Origin: Candidatus Melainabacteria bacterium 17Bon1m
GTDB lineage: Bacteria > Cyanobacteriota > Vampirovibrionia > Obscuribacterales > Obscuribacteraceae
Direction: 5' to 3'
DNA length: 64,000 bases
NCBI GenBank assembly: GCA_032128875.1
Contig: JAVLKG010000005.1
Coordinates: forward strand, 352,001 to 416,000
The notes below the pieces were generated by a model. That model made no database searches, was not told the DNA's origin, and was given only the letters and a program-made list of their open reading frames with translations. Every line of letters starts with the position of its first letter. Position 1 is the stretch's first letter. Made by a program: the position numbers and the translations under genes. Below are positions 58,675-64,000 of the stretch, one piece after another.

Positions 58675-59787
58675 TTAGCCAATCACATTTACTGGATTTG
58701 CTGGTTGAGCGACCGGTACTGCCACTGCAGGTGGTGTGGCGTCGAATGCTGCCTGCTTGGACTGCTTGGTGACAGCTTGCATCCAGGCTTGGTTATCCAG
58801 ATACCATTGGATGGTCGAGTGAATACCCGTCTCAAACGTGTACGTTGGCGCCCAGCCCAATTCTTCTTGCAACTTTGTGGAATCTATTGCATAGCGGCGG
58901 TCGTGTCCGAGTCTGTCGGCAACATACTTGATCGACTCTTCGCCTTTGCCCATCTCTGACAAGATCAGGCGGGTGATTTGCATATTGGTGCGCTCGTTGC
59001 TGCCGCCTACGTTGTAGACTTCGCCGGGCACGCCGCGGTGGAAAGCCAGATCGATCGCTTTGCAGTGATCTTCAACGTGCAGCCAATCTCTTACGTTCAA
59101 TCCGTCGCCGTAAACTGGCACTTGCTTGCCGTTCAGCAACTGCAAGATGAAGTATGGGATCAGTTTTTCGGGGTGTTGATAAGGACCATAGTTGTTCGAG
59201 CAGCGTGTGATTACTGCGGGGAAACCGTAGGTTTCGAAGTAAGCGCGGCAGAGGAGATCTGCGCCGGCTTTGGATGAAGAATAAGGGCTGTTCGGTTGAA
59301 GTGGTGTGGTCTCGGTGAAATAGCCTTCCGGTCCGAGAGTGCCATAAACTTCGTCAGTGGAAACTTGCACGTAGCGGATGGAAAATTCTTTCTTGTTTTC
59401 AGCGGCATCAACTGCGGTGCGTCCATAGCGGAAGGCAGCATCGAGCAGCACTTGAGTGCCCAGCACGTTGGTTTTGACGAAAACTTGCGGATCGCTGATC
59501 GAGCGGTCTACGTGGGTTTCGGCAGCCAGGTTGATAATGCCGTCGATGCGACCGAAACGATTTCCGCTGACGATATCGTCAACAATGGCAGCATCTTCGA
59601 TGCGTCCTTGAACATATTTGTAGCGCGGGTCATCAGCCACGTCGGCGAGGTTTTCAGGGTGACCGGCATAGGTCGCGGCATCGAGATTGATGATGGTGTA
59701 ATTCGGATATGTCTTGAGCAAGTGCCGAACCAGGTTGCTTCCGATGAAGCCCAACCCACCAGTGACAAGCAATTGCATGGCTCGCAT
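58675..59787 (-). CDS. rfbB: dTDP-glucose 4,6-dehydratase
   Basis: TGGLGFIGS, AAETHVDRSI, VSTDEVYG, YSSSK, DRLGHDRRYA. Confidence 0.96.
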   Translation of the reverse strand: MRAMQLLVTGGLGFIGSNLVRHLLKTYPNYTIINLDAATYAGHPENLADVADDPRYKYVQGRIEDAAIVDDIVSGNRFGRIDGIINLAAETHVDRSISDPQVFVKTNVLGTQVLLDAAFRYGRTAVDAAENKKEFSIRYVQVSTDEVYGTLGPEGYFTETTPLQPNSPYSSSKAGADLLCRAYFETYGFPAVITRCSNNYGPYQHPEKLIPYFILQLLNGKQVPVYGDGLNVRDWLHVEDHCKAIDLAFHRGVPGEVYNVGGSNERTNMQITRLILSEMGKGEESIKYVADRLGHDRRYAIDSTKLQEELGWAPTYTFETGIHSTIQWYLDNQAWMQAVTKQSKQAAFDATPPAVAVPVAQPANPVNVIG

Positions 59788-59938
59788 GAACGATTTCCCT
59801 CGCTGTGAATGAGATGTTCGGCAGCGCTGACAAAATAGCGCTATTGAAAAGTGAATTGTCGCTTGACAGACGTCATTAGATCAACGTCCATCAAATAATC
59901 TTCGAAGCTGCAGAATGAAAATTGGTTTAGGTTTTGAC

Positions 59939-61012
59939 CTAAACTACTTCGACTTTACTGTCGTCGCCGAGCATCAGGCGGAACGCTACAGGCTTGCTCT
60001 GACTACGAGTAAGTTCAACATTTACTCCAATTAAGCTGTCTTCAATGCGGCCATTGAAGTCCAGAATTTGGCATTTCTCGCGCAAGATCGAATGCTCGAT
60101 TTCTGCATGCGAAACTCGGGCCCCGTCGCCGATTGAAGTAAACGGTCCAACATAGCTGTTTTCCAAAACGCAATCGTCCCCAATTACCGCCGGACCTCTG
60201 ACTGTGCAGTTCTTCAAAATACTGCCTTTGCCTACGTGGACGCGTCCTGAAAGGCGCGACTGTTCGTCGAGATCGCCCAGCATGGATACATCTGTCATCT
60301 CGTCTAGCACGACCCGATTGGCTTCGAGCATATCGTCTTTCTTCCCTGTATCGAGCCACCAGCTGGTCAATACATGGCTGTCGACGTGTTCATTCTTGGT
60401 GATCATGCGCTGGATTGCATCGGTAATTTCCAGCTCGCCGCGCTTCGACGGTTTGATTTCGTCAATGGCATCGTGAATTTTCGAGGTGAAGAGATAAACG
60501 CCAACCAGCGCCAGGTTTGACTTAGGTTTTGCCGGTTTTTCTTCGAGGCAGAGTATGCGCCCGTTGCCGTTCAATTCGGCAACGCCGAAAGAGGTGGGGT
60601 TTGGCACTTCTTTGAGCAAAATTTGCGCATCGGGCTTGTTCTTCTTAAAACGCTCAACAAGCGGTGCTACGCCGTCTTTGATCAAGTTGTCACCGAGATA
60701 CATGACGAAAGTATCGTCTTTCAAATAGTCTCGGGCAGTTTTCACCGCATGTGCCAGACCCAGAGGCTGGTCTTGCAGGATATATTTGATTTCGATGTTC
60801 CAGCGCTCGCCGTCCCCGACGCACTGGCGGACTTCTTCACCGGTCTCTGGGCTGATGATGATACCGATCGATTTAATACCGGCTTCTATCAGCGCTTCAA
60901 CCGCATAGAAGAGAATCGGCTTGTTCGCCACAGGCAATAGCTGTTTTGCTGCCGTGTGGGTGATAGGCCGCATACGCGTGCCTTTTCCGCCGCTGAGAAT
61001 AAGTCCTTTCAT
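59939..61012 (-). CDS. rfbA: Glucose-1-phosphate thymidylyltransferase (long form)
   Basis: GGKGTRMRPITHTAAKQLLPVANKP, RGELEITDA, WWLDTG, hexapeptide tail. Confidence 0.95.
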   Translation of the reverse strand: MKGLILSGGKGTRMRPITHTAAKQLLPVANKPILFYAVEALIEAGIKSIGIIISPETGEEVRQCVGDGERWNIEIKYILQDQPLGLAHAVKTARDYLKDDTFVMYLGDNLIKDGVAPLVERFKKNKPDAQILLKEVPNPTSFGVAELNGNGRILCLEEKPAKPKSNLALVGVYLFTSKIHDAIDEIKPSKRGELEITDAIQRMITKNEHVDSHVLTSWWLDTGKKDDMLEANRVVLDEMTDVSMLGDLDEQSRLSGRVHVGKGSILKNCTVRGPAVIGDDCVLENSYVGPFTSIGDGARVSHAEIEHSILREKCQILDFNGRIEDSLIGVNVELTRSQSKPVAFRLMLGDDSKVEVV

Positions 61013-61035
61013 CCAAATGCACCTATGTATTTACG

Positions 61036-61620
61036 TCAAAAAGCACCGCGTTTGCTAAACACAGCACCAAAAGTGGAGAACATGATTTTCCAGTCGAGCA
61101 AGTAAGTCCAATTGTCGCAATACCACTTATCAGCCTCGACTTTGACGTCGTCCGGCAATTCGTCACGACCGTTGATCTGAGCCCATCCCGTAATTCCGGG
61201 TGGAAACCGCAACACACCAGCCGCCTCACGTTTAGCGGTCAGTTCGGTCTGATTATACAGAGCGGGGCGCGGTCCAACGAGGCTCATTTCGCCCTTAAGC
61301 ACGTTAAACAATTGGGGCAGCTCGTCGATGCTGTACTTCCTTAGCCGCGCTCCGACCGCGGTTATAGGGCTGGGTAGTTTGAGCATCTCTTCCGTGGACA
61401 CATTTGGGGCACCTACATTCATGGTGCGAAATTTATAAATTTGAAAGAATTCGCCGTTTAAGCCGACTCTCTTCTGTTGAAATATGATCGGTCCTCTGGA
61501 GTCAAGCTTGATAGCTATGGCTGCCAAGACAAACAACCAAGCCAGCCCAGTGAGCGCTGCCAGTGAAATTACTATGTCTGTGAGTCGTTTCAAAAACATG
61601 AATGATTCGTATTCAATCAA
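61036..61620 (-). CDS. Monotopic phosphoglycosyl (bacterial sugar) transferase
   Basis: KRLTD, YKFRTM, SIDELPQLFNVLKGEMSLVGPRP, PGITGWAQINGR. Confidence 0.93.
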   Translation of the reverse strand: MIEYESFMFLKRLTDIVISLAALTGLAWLFVLAAIAIKLDSRGPIIFQQKRVGLNGEFFQIYKFRTMNVGAPNVSTEEMLKLPSPITAVGARLRKYSIDELPQLFNVLKGEMSLVGPRPALYNQTELTAKREAAGVLRFPPGITGWAQINGRDELPDDVKVEADKWYCDNWTYLLDWKIMFSTFGAVFSKRGAF

Positions 61621-61691
61621 CAGCGTTATTTTACGGTACGCTTGGTGCCTGCAAGAAAACTGATCGAATTAGAATTTCAATCAAAACGTAA

Positions 61692-62573
61692 ATGGATCTC
61701 TCGGTAGTCATAGTTAGTTGGAACACCTGCGGACTGCTCCGCAAGTGTTTAACCACGTTGAAGGCAGAACTCGACAGTTTTGGAGATTCGCTCAAGTGGG
61801 AAGTTTTTCTCGTCGACAATAATTCTGCCGATGGCTCCGCTGACATGGCGCGTAGCGAGCACTCCTGGGTTAAGCTGACAGCCAATAACGATAACCTTGG
61901 ATTTGCCAAGGCGAACAATCAAGCATTCAGGCAATCTACAGGCAATCTTGTACTACTGCTCAATCCGGACACAGAAGTCCAGCCTGGGGCGATAAAGACA
62001 TTGCTCGAGTTCATGGATACGCACCCGAACGCAGCTATTGTTGCACCACAATTGCTGAACACCGATGGCAGCGTGCAAAGATCTTGCCGTGAGTTTCCCA
62101 CCTTCATTGGTATGGTTTATGAGCTGATCGGGCTCAGTAAGATGTTTCCCGACAACAAAACTTTCGGCAGATACAAAATGCTCGACTGGAATCATGACGA
62201 CGTTCGCAAAGTCGATCAACCAGAAGGTGCATGCCTACTAGTTCGGCGTCAGGTCATGGATAAAGTTGGTTTGCTCGATGAAGGCTTCTTTATGCTGTTT
62301 GAGGAAGTCGACTGGTGCTATCGCATTATCGAAGCCGGCTATGAGATTTGGTTTACGCCGGCTGCCAAAGTCATCCATCACTACGGCCAGTCCATAAAAC
62401 AAGTGAAAGTAAGGATGATTCTTTCATCACACCGAGGGCTTTACCGCTTTTGGCACAAGCATTATCAAAAAGGGCGTTGGTATCTCGCTCCCTTCGCGTA
62501 TGCTGGGTTGATGAGCCTGGCTTATGTCCGCATATTTGCCTATTCGCTAAAATCGAAGCTCTCGAAAGCCTGA
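61692..62573 (+). CDS. Family 2 glycosyltransferase (WbbL-like, possible rhamnosyltransferase)
   Basis: SVVIVSWN, VDNNSADGS, NLGFAKANN, LNPDT, FFMLFEEVDWC; divergent from the rfb cluster. Confidence 0.9.
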   Translation: MDLSVVIVSWNTCGLLRKCLTTLKAELDSFGDSLKWEVFLVDNNSADGSADMARSEHSWVKLTANNDNLGFAKANNQAFRQSTGNLVLLLNPDTEVQPGAIKTLLEFMDTHPNAAIVAPQLLNTDGSVQRSCREFPTFIGMVYELIGLSKMFPDNKTFGRYKMLDWNHDDVRKVDQPEGACLLVRRQVMDKVGLLDEGFFMLFEEVDWCYRIIEAGYEIWFTPAAKVIHHYGQSIKQVKVRMILSSHRGLYRFWHKHYQKGRWYLAPFAYAGLMSLAYVRIFAYSLKSKLSKA

Positions 62574-62626
62574 AATCCACTCTGTCGAAAGCTTAGATCC
62601 AAACTGTCGAGAGCATAAGATTCAAA
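62559..62626 (+). repeat. Three imperfect 22-23-bp tandem copies of the GT2 gene 3' end
   Basis: ctctcgaaagcctgaaatccact / ctgtcgaaagcttagatccaaa / ctgtcgagagcataagattcaaa. Confidence 0.7.
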
Positions 62627-62714
62627 CGAGCGCCGCTCAGTAGCTGTTTAGTAACAAGTCCGGCATAACTTAGATGCATCCGGTACGCCGCTAACATTCT
62701 AAGGAGCTTGGCGA

Positions 62715-63371
62715 ATGTCTCTTTTTTTTGAGCATGATCACAATGCATCGCCTGTTCTCGACCAGCCGGGATTTCTATTCCCTGTAGAAGGGCGCCCTGA
62801 CTTGCTTGAGTCAGGCGAGAGTTCTATCCCGCCCGGTGAGACTCTTGTTGCATCAAGCACTTCTGTTGATCGGCTCTATGCCTATCTTGCCAGCGACTTC
62901 AATAAGTTTGACAGCAATCAAGATAAGAAGCTTGATGCCAAAGAATTTGAAGCTTCCCTTGCGACAACAACGAATAGTGATGAGTTGATGCTCTTGTCTT
63001 GGATGAGCAAGAACATTGATGGTTTGCAAAAACTGGGCGATCGCGACTCTGGCATTTCAATGGAAGATCTTGCCGGACTCAACACTGCAATCAATAAAGG
63101 TACGGGAGACTTGGGTCTTGCTTTTCGACACACCGACTGGGTCGCACGCGGAGGCAGCAGTGCGGTTGGTGGTCTTGGAGGAGCTTTTCTTGGCTCTAAG
63201 CTTACAAGCGCTGCGTTTTCTATGAAAAGTGCCGCTGGTTTTGGTGCTGCCGTGTTCGGCACTCTGTCTGCCATTGACGCGATCGGCTACTACATGTTTG
63301 ATAAACCGAAGCTAGACCAGGCGTTGAAGGAACTGAACGAGATTCCGGATCCGAGCGCGAATCGAAGCTAA
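62715..63371 (+). CDS. EF-hand-like protein with Gly/Ala-rich hydrophobic C-terminal hairpin
   Basis: DSNQDKKLDAKE EF-hand loop, GISMEDL half-site, GGxxG-rich helices; AAGGAG RBS. Confidence 0.65.
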   Translation: MSLFFEHDHNASPVLDQPGFLFPVEGRPDLLESGESSIPPGETLVASSTSVDRLYAYLASDFNKFDSNQDKKLDAKEFEASLATTTNSDELMLLSWMSKNIDGLQKLGDRDSGISMEDLAGLNTAINKGTGDLGLAFRHTDWVARGGSSAVGGLGGAFLGSKLTSAAFSMKSAAGFGAAVFGTLSAIDAIGYYMFDKPKLDQALKELNEIPDPSANRS

Positions 63372-63418
63372 TAGTTTTAAACAGTGCCTACGCGCTGAAA
63401 GCAAGTAACTGGGGAGAT

Positions 63419-63454
63419 AGCCAGCCGGTCGAAAGATCGGCTGGCTGCGTTTTT
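63419..63454 (+). terminator. Intrinsic terminator
   Basis: AGCCAGCCGGTC-GAAA-GATCGGCTGGCT followed by a T tract. Confidence 0.8.
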
Positions 63455-63589
63455 GCTCGCAACATTAATTGTGTGGGAGGAACTGTAACATCTAAATTAC
63501 CGTCGAATTATTTTGTATGATGTCCGTGAAGGCTGAATTGGAGCCGGTTTTAGAGCTAATTGTTGTCTAAGTTTAGAACGGTGATTGTG

Positions 63590-64000
63590 ATGGCAGATCC
63601 TTTGAAAATCGTATCCAGCAACGTCTCTGGAAATTTCTTCGTCGATACGACCTGTATAAATTGCGACACGTGCCGTCAACTTGCGCCTAAGACTTTTGTC
63701 GACGCCGGTGAGTATTCGTCTGTTTTTGATCAACCGAAAACCGATGAAGATGTACTCGCTGCTACCAGGGCTCTCTTATGTTGTCCGACCGGTTCGATTG
63801 GGACAAAGGAGAAGAACGACGCTAAAACCATTCGCTCCGAGTTTCCACTTTTGATTGAAGACAATGTGTATTACTCCGGATTCAATTCTCCGCGATCGTA
63901 TGGTGGCAACAGTTTCTTCATCAAGTCGCCAAGCGGTAATTGGCTCATCGATTCTCCAAAGTTTCTGCCTTTCCTTGCCGAGCAGATAGCAACCATGGGC
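63590..64000 (+). CDS. Ferredoxin-fused MBL-fold metallo-hydrolase (5' part, runs off the window; not in the ORF track)
   Basis: Manual translation MADPLKIVSSNVSGNFFVDTTCINCDTCRQLAP...CCPTGSIG...SYGGNSFFI...NWLIDSP. Confidence 0.85.
   Translation, partial: MADPLKIVSSNVSGNFFVDTTCINCDTCRQLAPKTFVDAGEYSSVFDQPKTDEDVLAATRALLCCPTGSIGTKEKNDAKTIRSEFPLLIEDNVYYSGFNSPRSYGGNSFFIKSPSGNWLIDSPKFLPFLAEQIATMG

Overview
This 64-kb window is chromosomal bacterial DNA of roughly balanced GC, with no rRNA, tRNA, CRISPR array, integrase or transposase that I can recognise. The gene mix (membrane PAS kinases, multi-MshEN protein, EF-hand/Gly-rich protein, Ser/Thr kinase, cyanobacteria-like enzymes, no photosynthesis genes) suggests a non-photosynthetic cyanobacterial relative such as Melainabacteria/Obscuribacterales. 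That assignment is inference only. Contents in order: three adjacent enzymes (M15 peptidase, alpha/beta hydrolase, RlpA-like lytic transglycosylase); a GT2-GT92 glycosyltransferase split by a frameshift; an OmpR-family regulator, murQ, hydA and dnaG coupled to a ZIP-cupredoxin fusion; a PocR-PAS kinase with an Rcp1-like regulator; an S4 protein plus a 2H-phosphoesterase; a GT-C glycosyltransferase; an MFP with two tandem CzcA/CusA pumps; an opine dehydrogenase with a DMT exporter; two PAS kinases; flavodoxin with Fur-like boxes; TolC; an atypical sigma factor and its partner; SGNH and MshEN proteins; a CzcA-MFP-PII-RR-HK-SulP cluster; malic enzyme; a Ser/Thr kinase; and the dTDP-rhamnose genes. 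The best candidate for an undescribed system is at 74-3985. There, three unrelated catalytic domains share a position-conserved, non-Sec N-terminal leader (W-x-[SD]-I-A-x3-W at residues 35/36-43/44, then [LI]-x-[DE]-x-L-G-[LI]), which looks like a targeting signal on a cassette of cell-envelope-attacking effectors.
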